DNA of 64,000 bases from Candidatus Stackebrandtia excrementipullorum (GTDB lineage: Bacteria > Actinomycetota > Actinomycetes > Mycobacteriales > Micromonosporaceae). Below, piece after piece: positions 10,475 through 19,647 of the stretch. The notes under the pieces are model-generated. The model saw only the letters and a list, made by a program, of their open reading frames with translations, had not been told where the DNA came from and ran no database searches. A program made the translations under genes and the position numbers. Within the stretch, counting starts at the first letter, position 1, and every line of letters starts with the position of its first letter. Where the stretch lies: contig DXGR01000092.1 in NCBI GenBank assembly GCA_019113825.1, positions 7,978 through 71,977 of the forward strand, given 5' to 3'.

Positions 10475-10502
10475 ACTTTACTCTGCGGATTCGTCATGTC
10501 AA
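10475..10502 (-). promoter_or_regulatory. Near-consensus housekeeping promoter
   Basis: TTGACA (10502-10497), 16 nt, TAAAGT (10480-10475), with an AT-rich upstream tract. Confidence 0.65.
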
Positions 10503-10587
10503 GCGAATGGCGAGAAATTCGAGAAAAAGTTTTGAAGACCCGCCCGTACGATCAGCCACGGTCCGCCAAAGGTAATCCGGCATCACG

Positions 10588-11784
10588 TCACCGACCAGCA
10601 CCGACACCGGCACAGTAGCTCTCGCCGGTACCGGTGGTGAACACCTTCCCCACACCTGCCGGAATAAACGCGCCTTGGCCGGGTCGAAGCGTCAAAGAAC
10701 GCTCTCCGTCGTCGATCCGGAGGTCCCCCGACCAACAGAGGATGATCATGGCGCCCTCGGAATGCAGCTCCTGCTCCGTCACCTCATCGTCGAGCCGAAG
10801 GCGCCACAAGGCGAACTCCGGCACCGGAACCGACCATTGACGGAGACCCGGCGTGGGTTCGACGGCGGGGAAACGCGGCTCCGCCATCACCTCGAAACGC
10901 AGGACACGCAGCAGCTCCGGCACGTCCACGTGCTTGTCGGTCAACCCTCCGCGCAACACGTTGTCACTGGCGGCCATGACCTCGATGCCGACGCCACCCA
11001 GGTACGCGTGGAGATTGCCGGCCGGCATGTAGATGGCGTCGCCCGGCTCGAGGAAGAGATGATTGAGTAGCAACGCGACCAGGGCACCCGAGTCGTGCGG
11101 GTACCGAGTGCCCAGGCGGACCACCATCGCGTAGTCGGCCGCGTCGGGCCCCGCCTCGGCGAGGTCGGTCGCGGACGCCACCGCCGCAGCGACCAGCCGG
11201 GTGCGGTGATCAACCGGCAGTGTCAACAGCGTGGTCATCGCCTCGCGCAACGCCTGCGCCTCGTCATCCTGCCTGAGAACGGCGACCAGGCAGGACAGCT
11301 CGTCAACCTTGAGACGTTCGATCGCGTCGGCGGCTTCGGACGGGGGTCGGAATCCACACAGGGCTTCGAACCGGGTAACCGCACACAGCAGTTCGGGCTT
11401 GTGGTGGACGTCGACATACGACCGTTGCGGCGCGTCGAGAGGGACCCCTTCACGCGTCTGACGTGCGAAGCCGTCGGCGGCCTGCTCGCTGTCCGGGTGG
11501 GCCTGGAGTGACAGCGGCTCCTGAGCAGCCAACACCTTCAGCAAGAACGGCAGCCGCTGCCCGTACCGTTCCAGGGAGTCGGTGCCCAACGTCATCACCG
11601 GGTCGGCCGAGATCAGGTCGGCCAGCGACCTTCCGTCCTCAAGCATCGCGGGGTCGCGAGGGTGATCACCAAGCCACAACTCCGCTTCGGGCCGCTGCGT
11701 CGGCTCCGGTCGACCCTGCAAAGCAGCGATCGCACTGTGCGACCCCCATGCATACGGACGGATGGCTCCGTGAAGGAGTTCCAC
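10588..11784 (-). CDS. manA: Mannose-6-phosphate isomerase, class I
   Basis: YAWGS, AELWLGDHP, PLSLQAHP, HKPEL, HAYL, EVMAASDNVLRGGLT; GGGAG RBS before GTG 11784. Confidence 0.96.
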   Translation of the reverse strand: MELLHGAIRPYAWGSHSAIAALQGRPEPTQRPEAELWLGDHPRDPAMLEDGRSLADLISADPVMTLGTDSLERYGQRLPFLLKVLAAQEPLSLQAHPDSEQAADGFARQTREGVPLDAPQRSYVDVHHKPELLCAVTRFEALCGFRPPSEAADAIERLKVDELSCLVAVLRQDDEAQALREAMTTLLTLPVDHRTRLVAAAVASATDLAEAGPDAADYAMVVRLGTRYPHDSGALVALLLNHLFLEPGDAIYMPAGNLHAYLGGVGIEVMAASDNVLRGGLTDKHVDVPELLRVLRFEVMAEPRFPAVEPTPGLRQWSVPVPEFALWRLRLDDEVTEQELHSEGAMIILCWSGDLRIDDGERSLTLRPGQGAFIPAGVGKVFTTGTGESYCAGVGAGR

Positions 11785-11990
11785 GCTGACCAGTCTCCCT
11801 TGAATCGAAAGGTCACATCTTGAAATGGCCGCAGCCAGGCCTACCAGGCCCATGAATCTACCGGTCGACCAAAAATCTTAAATCGGGCAGAATGGTATAT
11901 AACCGGCTTTTCATCAACCGTCAGAGGTCGGTGGAGGGAACCGAAACCCGAAAATGGGTGATCACCCTCAAGGGGCACCCCGGGTATTAC

Positions 11991-12021
11991 ACGGCACCCG
12001 GGGCTAAGCCTCGGGTGCCGT
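11991..12021 (-). terminator. Hairpin after SIS-domain gene
   Basis: acggcacccggggc / gcctcgggtgccgt, 14-bp stem with one mismatch. Confidence 0.6.
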
Positions 12022-12034
12022 GTCGTTCGACATG

Positions 12035-13237
12035 TCAGGACGGAGTGGTCAAATCCAGATATTGCTTCATCTCGGCCACGGCGGGCACCGACATCGGGTC
12101 AAGGCCATGCGCCAACGCCAGATACACGGATGCGAAGTCCGGCACCGCAATCAACGAGGCGAGTCTCTCCAACGCACAACCGCCTTCAGCCGAAACGATG
12201 TCCAGGCGGATTCCACGACGCTCCGCAAGCTCGGCGACCGCGTCGGCCCGACGCGTGTCCGGTGGAGGAGCGGTGTCGTCCCCGTCGAGGCCGTCGTCAC
12301 GAAGCAGGATGATGCGAAGTCGAGTCCCAGAACCGCCGCCCTCGTCCGGGTCGGCGAAGATGTCGCGGCGACTCTCGGCCAGTGAACCGAACGCACCGTC
12401 CAGAAGTCCGACGCGACCACGGCCCACCTCCCCAAGCTCACCGGCCAAGACGGGGTAACGCGCATTTGCCGCGAGAGTGTCACCGAACCGGCGGGCGGCG
12501 ATGCCAGCCAGCGCCGTGCCACCCCACACGACCGGGACCGACCCCGCGATGTCCAATGCCATCGATTTGGCGGGGTTGACGAATGCATCGTTGCCGGGCT
12601 TACAACGTTCCGCGTCGGCGTCCAGACGAGCCGCCGTCTCGGCGATGTCGGCTTCGGCGATGCGCACCATTCCACATGCGCGACCGGCCAGCAGAACCGG
12701 AACCGTCAACGCCCACAGGCTCATCCGGGCGGGTGCACGCCTCGGCACGCCGATGTACGGCGCACGGGCGCTTCGGGCGACCGACTCCAACGGCGAATCG
12801 GGTGCGCCGACCGCGACCAGCCGCGCACCACGCCGCGCTGCGGCTTCGGCAGCCGCCAGCGCCTCAGGGCTACGTCCCGACGCGGACACGGCGATCACGA
12901 CATCGGCGGCGCCGACCCACCCGGGCACACCGGCGTTGCGGTGAGCGACCACCGGGACCGGACAGTTGGGGCCCGCGACGGTGGCGAGGATGTCACCGGT
13001 ACGGGCAGCGGTGCCGACACCCGCCACCACCACGGCGCGTGGCCGGCCTCCGTCGGCGAGAGAGGCGAGATCGGCCTCGGCGGCCAACGCTCCCGCCTCC
13101 CGAAGCTGAGGTCCCGCCGCTGCCGTCGCCAGGAGAGCTCCCCCCGGGTCGGCCGCGATCACCTTCTCCTCGGTGTCGATACGTTCGGGGTCTACGAGGC
13201 GGTCACCGGCCGCCTCCGAACGGTCTGCTCCGTTCAT
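12035..13237 (-). CDS. SIS-domain protein (bifunctional phosphoglucose/phosphomannose isomerase-like)
   Basis: VIAVSASGRSPE SIS motif, NPAKSMA, DFASVYLA; conserved position between Trm112 and manA. Confidence 0.85.
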   Translation of the reverse strand: MNGADRSEAAGDRLVDPERIDTEEKVIAADPGGALLATAAAGPQLREAGALAAEADLASLADGGRPRAVVVAGVGTAARTGDILATVAGPNCPVPVVAHRNAGVPGWVGAADVVIAVSASGRSPEALAAAEAAARRGARLVAVGAPDSPLESVARSARAPYIGVPRRAPARMSLWALTVPVLLAGRACGMVRIAEADIAETAARLDADAERCKPGNDAFVNPAKSMALDIAGSVPVVWGGTALAGIAARRFGDTLAANARYPVLAGELGEVGRGRVGLLDGAFGSLAESRRDIFADPDEGGGSGTRLRIILLRDDGLDGDDTAPPPDTRRADAVAELAERRGIRLDIVSAEGGCALERLASLIAVPDFASVYLALAHGLDPMSVPAVAEMKQYLDLTTPS

Positions 13238-13419
13238 CGGTCACCCTCACCGGCCATACGGGCCTCGTCAAGCAGCAAAACAGGTATCCCGTTGTCGATC
13301 CTGAACACACGGCGACACTCCTGGCAGGTCAGTGTCTGTGCCCGTGCGTCGTACTCCAACGGAGCATGATGCGTGTCAGGGCAGGCCAATACTTCCAGGA
13401 GCGTGGCGTCCAATGGCAT
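13234..13419 (-). CDS. Trm112 family protein
   Basis: LLEVLACP..C..C.R.FRIDNGIPVLLLDEA; start/stop overlap with the SIS gene. Confidence 0.92.
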   Translation of the reverse strand: MPLDATLLEVLACPDTHHAPLEYDARAQTLTCQECRRVFRIDNGIPVLLLDEARMAGEGDR

Positions 13420-13443
13420 GTGGTCTTGCCTCTCGTCTACTCG

Positions 13444-14796
13444 TCAACGACGGATACGGTCGAGTACCTCATCACGCAGCTGTGACATGCGTTCGGCGGT
13501 GGCGGCTTCGGCATTGAGTCGCAGCAGCGGCTCGGTGTTGGACGGACGAAGGTTGAACCACGCCCCGTCCTCAAAGGTGACGGTCAGCCCGTCCATGCGG
13601 TCGGTTTGGACGCCGTCGCCGCGATAATGCTCTTCAACGGCGTCGACGACGGCGGCCTGATCGGTCACGGTGGAGTTGATCTCGCCAGAGGAGTGGTACC
13701 GGTTGTACCCGGTGACCAGCTCCGACAGCGGCTTGTCGACCGCTCCGAGCGCGGCCAACACGTACATGGCGGCCAACATCCCGGTGTCCGCGAACCAGAA
13801 GTCGCGGAAGTAGTAATGGGCGGAGTGCTCACCGCCGAACACCGCTCCGGTCGCGGCCATCTCCGCCTTGATGTAGGAATGTCCCACTCGGGAGCGGACC
13901 GGTTTACCACCGGCTTCGGCCACGATTTCGGGTACGGCTTTCGAGGTGATCAGGTTGTGGATGACCGTCGCGCCGGGATGCTTGGCAAGTTCGGCTTCGG
14001 CAACCAACGCGGTGACTGCGCTGGGCGAGACGGGCTCGCCTCGCTCGTCGACGACGAAGCACCTGTCGGCGTCACCGTCGAAGGCCAACCCCAGGTCGGC
14101 ACCGGTTTCACGGACTTTGGCCTGTAGGTCGACGATGTTGGACGGTTCCAACGGATTGGCCTCGTGGTTCGGGAAGGTCCCGTCGAGTTCGAAGTACATC
14201 GGGATGACCCGGGCGGGGGTGCGCTTGTCCAAAACGGCGGGGACGGTGTGCCCGGCCATGCCGTTGCCGGCGTCGACGACCACGGTCAACGGACGGATCC
14301 GCGAAAGATCTACCAACGAATGCAGGTGGTCGGCGTACTCGGTGAGGTAATCGCCAACCGTGATGGAGCCGGGTTCATCGGCCAACGGCGCGAGTTCACC
14401 GTCCAAAATCGCCTGCGCCCGGTCACGAATGCGATCCAACCCGGAATCGATACTGACCGGCTTCGCGCCGGGCAGACACAGCTTGATCCCGTTGTACCGA
14501 GCCGGGTTGTGGCTTGCGGTGAACATGGCGCCCGCCACGTCGTGTCTGCCACTGACGAAGTACACCTGGTCGGTCGAACACAGGCCCGCATCGATGACCT
14601 CCGCTCCCGCGTCGCCCGCGGCCTGCGCAAACGCTGCCGCCAGTGATACTCCCGATTCCCGCATGTCGCGGCCGACCACGATGCGACGTTGACCGGTCTC
14701 GAGCACGAAAGCCCGCCCCAGTGCAGCGGCAACGGCCTCGTCCCACTGGTCGGGCACCACCCCGCGAATGTCGTACGCCTTGACGATGTCCTTCAT
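13444..14796 (-). CDS. manB: Phosphomannomutase/phosphoglucomutase
   Basis: KAYDIRG, TASHNP phosphoserine loop, DGDADR, GGEHSAH, RPSNTEP. Confidence 0.96.
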   Translation of the reverse strand: MKDIVKAYDIRGVVPDQWDEAVAAALGRAFVLETGQRRIVVGRDMRESGVSLAAAFAQAAGDAGAEVIDAGLCSTDQVYFVSGRHDVAGAMFTASHNPARYNGIKLCLPGAKPVSIDSGLDRIRDRAQAILDGELAPLADEPGSITVGDYLTEYADHLHSLVDLSRIRPLTVVVDAGNGMAGHTVPAVLDKRTPARVIPMYFELDGTFPNHEANPLEPSNIVDLQAKVRETGADLGLAFDGDADRCFVVDERGEPVSPSAVTALVAEAELAKHPGATVIHNLITSKAVPEIVAEAGGKPVRSRVGHSYIKAEMAATGAVFGGEHSAHYYFRDFWFADTGMLAAMYVLAALGAVDKPLSELVTGYNRYHSSGEINSTVTDQAAVVDAVEEHYRGDGVQTDRMDGLTVTFEDGAWFNLRPSNTEPLLRLNAEAATAERMSQLRDEVLDRIRR

Positions 14797-14931
14797 TGGC
14801 ACCACCGAAATTACGCCCCTCTCGCCGGGTCGAAGGTTGTCGCGTCCACGTTCACAATCGCCGCGGGTGAGCCTACCTCTACAGAACTCACCCGTGGCGA
14901 CCGTGCGGCCGACAACCCAGGCCGATTCGAC

Positions 14932-15351
14932 TCACGGATCACCCTCGGGCTCGGGCAGCCGCCGACCGGGATGCTGGCTCCCGACCACACGTAGATGCGG
15001 CCGCCCCGATGTCCCCCGGTCACCGGGCGCTCCGGGCCGTCGAGGAGGAGACACCTGCTCGGAAGCCTGCTCCGGTTTAGACCGGGCCGCCTCCCGTACG
15101 GCGTCGGCCAAGGCGACAAGATCGTCGCCCGACGGCATCGGTGTCGAATAGTCGTCGACATGGCGCACCAGCTGCCAACCGCGCGGTGCGGTCAGCTTCC
15201 GAGCATGTTCCTCACACAGGTCGTAGGTGTGCGGCTCCTGCGTGGTCGCCAACGGACCGACCACAGCGGTCGAATCGATGTAGACATACGTCAACGTGGC
15301 CACCGCGCTCTGTCGGCAGCCGTTCCGGGAACAGCGTCGATGCGATCTCAC
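14932..15351 (-). CDS. DUF3499 family protein
   Basis: RCSRNGC..AVATLTYVY, YDLCEEHA..LTAPRGW, C-terminal PHLRVV. Confidence 0.92.
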   Translation of the reverse strand: MRSHRRCSRNGCRQSAVATLTYVYIDSTAVVGPLATTQEPHTYDLCEEHARKLTAPRGWQLVRHVDDYSTPMPSGDDLVALADAVREAARSKPEQASEQVSPPRRPGAPGDRGTSGRPHLRVVGSQHPGRRLPEPEGDP

Positions 15352-15535
15352 GGCCGGAACGCTATCGCTGTCGCGCCGTCGGCGGTACCCGATATGTGTC
15401 CGACACGCCGAGGGCGGCAGCCGCGCCGCGCCCGGAAGCCGTTTGGTTCGATCATGTTGACCAACCTCCCAAGGTCATGACACTCCAGGCGGCCGGTTGT
15501 GGATAGTCACCGGCCACTCCCCTACGCTAGTCCGC

Positions 15536-15976
15536 GTGCGACACAGGGATCGCCGCGGACGCGGCTTGCGTGGTCGACTGGTGCCGGCCGCCGTGCCCAT
15601 GTCACGGACACCCGCCCAGTCTTTTGACGAACTGGTACTGGAATCGGTAGAGGCGATCGAGCGTTTCATCGACGACAACGACCAGTTGCCGGCGTCTCGA
15701 CTCCGCAACGTCGAGTTCGCGGTCGAAGACGTTCCCGGCCAGTTCAGCGCCTACGACACCGACGTCCTGGAGGACCGTGAGGTGCCGTTGGCCCGCCTGT
15801 TGCCGGCCCAACCGGGTACCGCCGGTCCACAGCCACGCATCGTCGTTTTCCGTCGGCCCCTGGAATTGCGAGCCAGTGGAAATGAGGAGCTGGCGGCTTT
15901 GGTCCGCAGTGTCATCGTGGAGCAGGTCGCCAACCTTCTCGACGTCGATCCCGCAGAGATCGACCCGGACGGTTGA
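15536..15976 (+). CDS. Zincin-like metallopeptidase family protein
   Basis: RDRRGRGLRG start, FDELV, IVVFRRPLE, VEQVANLLDVDP; divergent from DUF3499 as usual. Confidence 0.88.
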   Translation: MRHRDRRGRGLRGRLVPAAVPMSRTPAQSFDELVLESVEAIERFIDDNDQLPASRLRNVEFAVEDVPGQFSAYDTDVLEDREVPLARLLPAQPGTAGPQPRIVVFRRPLELRASGNEELAALVRSVIVEQVANLLDVDPAEIDPDG

Positions 15977-16170
15977 CGACCCGCGCACGGTGAGAACAAT
16001 CTTCGGAAGACGCCGTCGTCAAACCCCTTGTTCCGTTGCGTGATGGTTCGGGTGGTACGACGTTGTTCGAAAGCCCGCACACAACTCCTGGCATGCACGA
16101 CCTTCGGGCACCTTTTCGATGCATCGATTCACGCACCCGCTCACAACGGACGGATTTCGCAGACGGCCTC

Positions 16171-16584
16171 TTAGGCGGCTATGTGGACATGACTTGCGTT
16201 CGCCACGTCGGTGTTGTCGTCGATGTCGGACCGTCCGACGGCGTCGGCGGTTTCGGTGGGATTCTCCTGCGCCGCAACTCTGGTGGGCATCGGGATGACG
16301 ACACCGGCAGCGGCCTGACGGGCCGCCTCACGGGCTTCGCGTTTGACTTTTCTACGTTCGCGTTCCGACAGTCCACCCCAGATGCCGAATCGCTCGTCGT
16401 GTGCCAGAGCAAACTCCAGACACTCCGGTTTGACCTCACACCGGGTGCAGATGCGTTTTGCCTCCCTGGTTGAGCCTCCCTTTTCCGGGAAGAACGCCTC
16501 CGGGTCAGTTTGCGCGCACAGCGCGCGCTCCTGCCACTCGGGGACGTGTCCCAAGAGATCGGCCAGAAAGTCTTGGCCGTCCAT
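16171..16584 (-). CDS. whiB: WhiB family Fe-S transcription factor (WhiB/WhiB2 orthologue) with C-terminal extension
   Basis: WQERALCAQTDPEAFFPEKGGSTREAKRIC..C.V..EC, GIWGGLSERERR. Confidence 0.96.
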   Translation of the reverse strand: MDGQDFLADLLGHVPEWQERALCAQTDPEAFFPEKGGSTREAKRICTRCEVKPECLEFALAHDERFGIWGGLSERERRKVKREAREAARQAAAGVVIPMPTRVAAQENPTETADAVGRSDIDDNTDVANASHVHIAA

Positions 16585-16744
16585 GTACGTCCGCCTCCTC
16601 TTTCACGCGTCGACTCGTCGTCGACACGAAGCCCCCACTGTCTTCGGCTCGGCGCCCCTTCGTCCGCTGTCCGCGGTATCCGAGCCGTGTAGGCAAGGTG
16701 GCCGGAAGTGACCGTTTCGTCACCCCCGAAAACCTCACAGGTGA

Positions 16745-16774
16745 ATTACACGTGTGTAATACCCGTTCTGTCAT
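16745..16774 (-). promoter_or_regulatory. whiB promoter with palindrome over the -10 element
   Basis: ATGACA-N18-TGTAAT on the minus strand; inverted repeat ATTACAC-N2-GTGTAAT at 16745-16760. Confidence 0.55.
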
Positions 16775-16834
16775 GCCAAACCTGGTATTGGGCACAACAT
16801 TTTTTCTGCCATCCGCTATCTGAAGTGATACCGG

Positions 16835-17359
16835 TCAATGACGGACAGTAGTGCACGAGCGTAATCGGGTCGCAGCCGCCCTATCTCGTCGATCTGCACG
16901 TACCACCGCAATCATCGCCAAGGCGGCCAACGCCAAAAAGGAAATGTCGAGGACGAACCGCTCCACCGCGAATCGGGGGTCGATGAACACGCCGACGCCC
17001 ATGTTCTGCTGTTGTTCGGCGACATCCAGTCCGAACCCGAACGCCATTCCCGTGATCATCAACCCCGTGCCGATGAGAACGACGTAGGCCACGGCCGCCA
17101 AAAGGCGAAAAGGGCGACGCGGCGCCAACCAGGCCGCAGCCAACGGCAACCCCAACGGAATCACCCCGTACAGGGTGTCGTGCGCACGATCGGTGAAACC
17201 GAATCCGGCCGCACGGGACCCCAACGAGTCGCGTGGATCGGCGGCGCCGCCGAAAAACAACTGCGACAAGGCGACCAGTGTGAACACTCCGGCCACCACC
17301 AGCAACAAGGCTGCGCCCATGTTGCGGAAACGGTCGGAACCGAACAACGGACGAGACAC
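16835..17359 (-). CDS. Hypothetical membrane protein (about 4 TM)
   Basis: GGGG RBS before GTG; hydrophobic segments; fills the whiB-cofD gap. Confidence 0.7.
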   Translation of the reverse strand: MSRPLFGSDRFRNMGAALLLVVAGVFTLVALSQLFFGGAADPRDSLGSRAAGFGFTDRAHDTLYGVIPLGLPLAAAWLAPRRPFRLLAAVAYVVLIGTGLMITGMAFGFGLDVAEQQQNMGVGVFIDPRFAVERFVLDISFLALAALAMIAVVRADRRDRAAATRLRSCTTVRH

Positions 17360-17407
17360 GTGGCCCCTTTCTGTCGTTGCCGTGACGCCATGAGCGAGGA
17401 TGGAGCA

Positions 17408-18358
17408 ATGCGTATCGCGGTACTGGTCGGGGGAATCGGTGGAGCACGTTTCCTGATGGGCGTACGACGATTGCCCGCAGAGGTTACCGCGATAGTCAAC
17501 ACCGCAGACGACTTGACACTGCACGGGCTGCGAGTCTGTCCCGACCTGGACAGCGTCATGTACACGTTGGGCGACGGGGCCGACCCGGAGCGGGGCTGGG
17601 GTCGCGCGGGCGAATCATTCACCGTCGGCTCCGAACTCGCCGAGTACAACGCCGAGGCACCGTGGTTTTCGCTGGGTGACAAGGACCTGGCGACGCATCT
17701 GGTGCGGACCCGCATGCTCGACGCCGGATATGGGCTGACTGCGGTGACGGCCGCCCTGTGCGAACGTTGGAAGCCGGGAGTCGAACTGTTGCCCATGTCC
17801 GACGACCGCGTGGAGACGCACGTCGTCGTGTCCGACGAGGACGGCCGACGGGCCATCCACTTTCAGGAGTGGTGGGTCCGACACCGCGGAAAAATCGAGA
17901 CCGACCGTTTCGTATTCACCGGTGCCGCACAGGCCAAACCCGCTCCCGGTGTCATCGAGGCATTGCGCGACGCCGACGCGGTCCTGATCGCTCCGAGCAA
18001 CCCGGTCGTGTCGATTGCGCCGATCCTCGGTGTGCCGGGGATTCGCGAGGTATTGCGTTCCACATCGGCGCCGGTCGTGGGCGTGTCACCGATCATCGCC
18101 GGCGCACCCGTACGGGGCATGGCCGATCGATGCCTCGAGGTACTGGGAGAACCCGTGACGGCACAGGCGGTGGGTGCGATGTTCGGCCCACGCCACGACG
18201 GGGAGGGTGTCTTGGACGCCTGGTTGGTCGACGAAACCGACCGGAACACCACGATCGACGGCCTGACCGTCGGCTCGGCGCCACTGTGGATGTCATCGCC
18301 GGAGGCGACCGAGGCCATGGCCAGGGCCGCCCTCGAGTTGGTCGAGGTGACGGCGTGA
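17408..18358 (+). CDS. cofD: 2-phospho-L-lactate transferase (F420 biosynthesis)
   Basis: LVGGIGGARF, VCPDLDSVMYTLG, HFQEWWV, PSNPVVSI, SPII.G. Confidence 0.96.
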   Translation: MRIAVLVGGIGGARFLMGVRRLPAEVTAIVNTADDLTLHGLRVCPDLDSVMYTLGDGADPERGWGRAGESFTVGSELAEYNAEAPWFSLGDKDLATHLVRTRMLDAGYGLTAVTAALCERWKPGVELLPMSDDRVETHVVVSDEDGRRAIHFQEWWVRHRGKIETDRFVFTGAAQAKPAPGVIEALRDADAVLIAPSNPVVSIAPILGVPGIREVLRSTSAPVVGVSPIIAGAPVRGMADRCLEVLGEPVTAQAVGAMFGPRHDGEGVLDAWLVDETDRNTTIDGLTVGSAPLWMSSPEATEAMARAALELVEVTA

Positions 18359-19647
18359 CCGTCGAGATCATTCCGGTCACGGGGATCGGAGAGGTCGAAC
18401 CCGGCGACGTTCTCGCCGACATCGTCGCCGAAGCCGCGCCATGGCTGGCCGACGGCGACGTCCTGGCGGTTACCAGCAAAATCGTCAGTAAGGCCGAAGG
18501 CAGATACTTCGACGGCGACAAGGACAAGGCCGTCGACTCCGAAACCACGGCCGTCGTGGCGTCTCGCGGCGGCACTCGCATCGTAAGAAACCGGCACGGC
18601 CTGGTACTGGCGGCAGCGGGTGTGGACGCTTCCAACGTCGAGCCGGGACGACTCATCCTGCTACCACTCGATCCCGACGCCTCCGCCCGCGAACTGCGTG
18701 CGGGGTTGAAGGAGCGCCTGGAGGTCGACGTTGCCGTCGTCGTCACCGACACCCTGGGCAGGGCGTGGCGCGTCGGCCAGGTCGACACCGCCATCGGAGT
18801 CGCCGGGATGGCCCCGACCCTGGACCTGCGTGGCGCCGTCGACTCTTACGGCAACGACCTGTCGGTGACGATGACAGCCGTAGCCGACGAGGTCGCAGCA
18901 GCAGCCGACCTGGTCAAAGGGAAGACCACGGGAATTCCGGTCGCCGTGCTCCGGGGACTGTCGACCGTGGACGGGCGGGACGGGCCCGGGGCGGCCGCTC
19001 TCGTCCGTGCTCCCGAGCAGGACATGTTCGGGATGGGAACCGCCGAGGCTCGGGCTCAAGGGCGCCGCGAGGCGATGACGGGCCGTCGCACGGTTCGCGA
19101 GTTCACGTCCGCTCCCGTCGATCGCACCGCCATCGAACGCGCCGTGGCGGCGGCGATCACGGCACCGGCCCCGCACCATTCGACACCGTGGCGGTTCGTT
19201 CACGTCACAGCGCGACGGACTTCACTGTTGTCACGTATGCGTGAAGCCTGGATCGCCGACCTCACCGCCGACGGACTGTCCCAGCCGGCCGTGGATCGGC
19301 GGATCAGCCGTGGCGATGTTCTATGGCATGCGACGGAAATCGTCGTCCCCGTCCTGGTGACCGACGCCGAACACTCCTATCCCGACTCACGACGTCGCGG
19401 TGCCGAACGGACGATGTTCACCGTCGCCATGGGGGCCGGCGTTCAAAACCTGCTGGTGGCTCTGTCCACGGAGGGGCTCGGCGCCTGCTGGGTCTCATCA
19501 ACGATGTTCTGTCCCGATGTTGTCCGGGACGTGCTCGACCTGTCGTCGGACTGGCACCCGATGGGCGCGGTGGCGATCGGACATCCCGCCGTTCAACCGC
19601 CACCGCGATCCGAACCCGACATCACGGGTTTCCTGCTCAGTCGCTGA
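18355..19647 (+). CDS. cofE: Coenzyme F420-0:L-glutamate ligase with C-terminal nitroreductase domain (FbiB type)
   Basis: VTSKIVSKAEG, AGVDASN, DTLGRAWR, DEVAAAADLVKGK, then RRTVREF, APAPHHSTPWRF, CWVSSTMFC; GTGA overlap with cofD. Confidence 0.95.
   Translation: MTVEIIPVTGIGEVEPGDVLADIVAEAAPWLADGDVLAVTSKIVSKAEGRYFDGDKDKAVDSETTAVVASRGGTRIVRNRHGLVLAAAGVDASNVEPGRLILLPLDPDASARELRAGLKERLEVDVAVVVTDTLGRAWRVGQVDTAIGVAGMAPTLDLRGAVDSYGNDLSVTMTAVADEVAAAADLVKGKTTGIPVAVLRGLSTVDGRDGPGAAALVRAPEQDMFGMGTAEARAQGRREAMTGRRTVREFTSAPVDRTAIERAVAAAITAPAPHHSTPWRFVHVTARRTSLLSRMREAWIADLTADGLSQPAVDRRISRGDVLWHATEIVVPVLVTDAEHSYPDSRRRGAERTMFTVAMGAGVQNLLVALSTEGLGACWVSSTMFCPDVVRDVLDLSSDWHPMGAVAIGHPAVQPPPRSEPDITGFLLSR

Noticed and set aside
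10208-10587. SAH, SAM, cobalamin or T-box riboswitch, or tRNA/tmRNA/RNase P identity for the candidate RNA
   Set aside because: None of their hallmark motifs was seen and there is no downstream co-oriented gene; kept only as an unassigned ncRNA candidate.
1533-16191. Isolated one-mismatch DnaA boxes (about 1535, 4136, 15498, 16182)
   Set aside because: Single degenerate 9-mers are expected by chance; only the 35-kb cluster and the perfect box at 45217 were kept.
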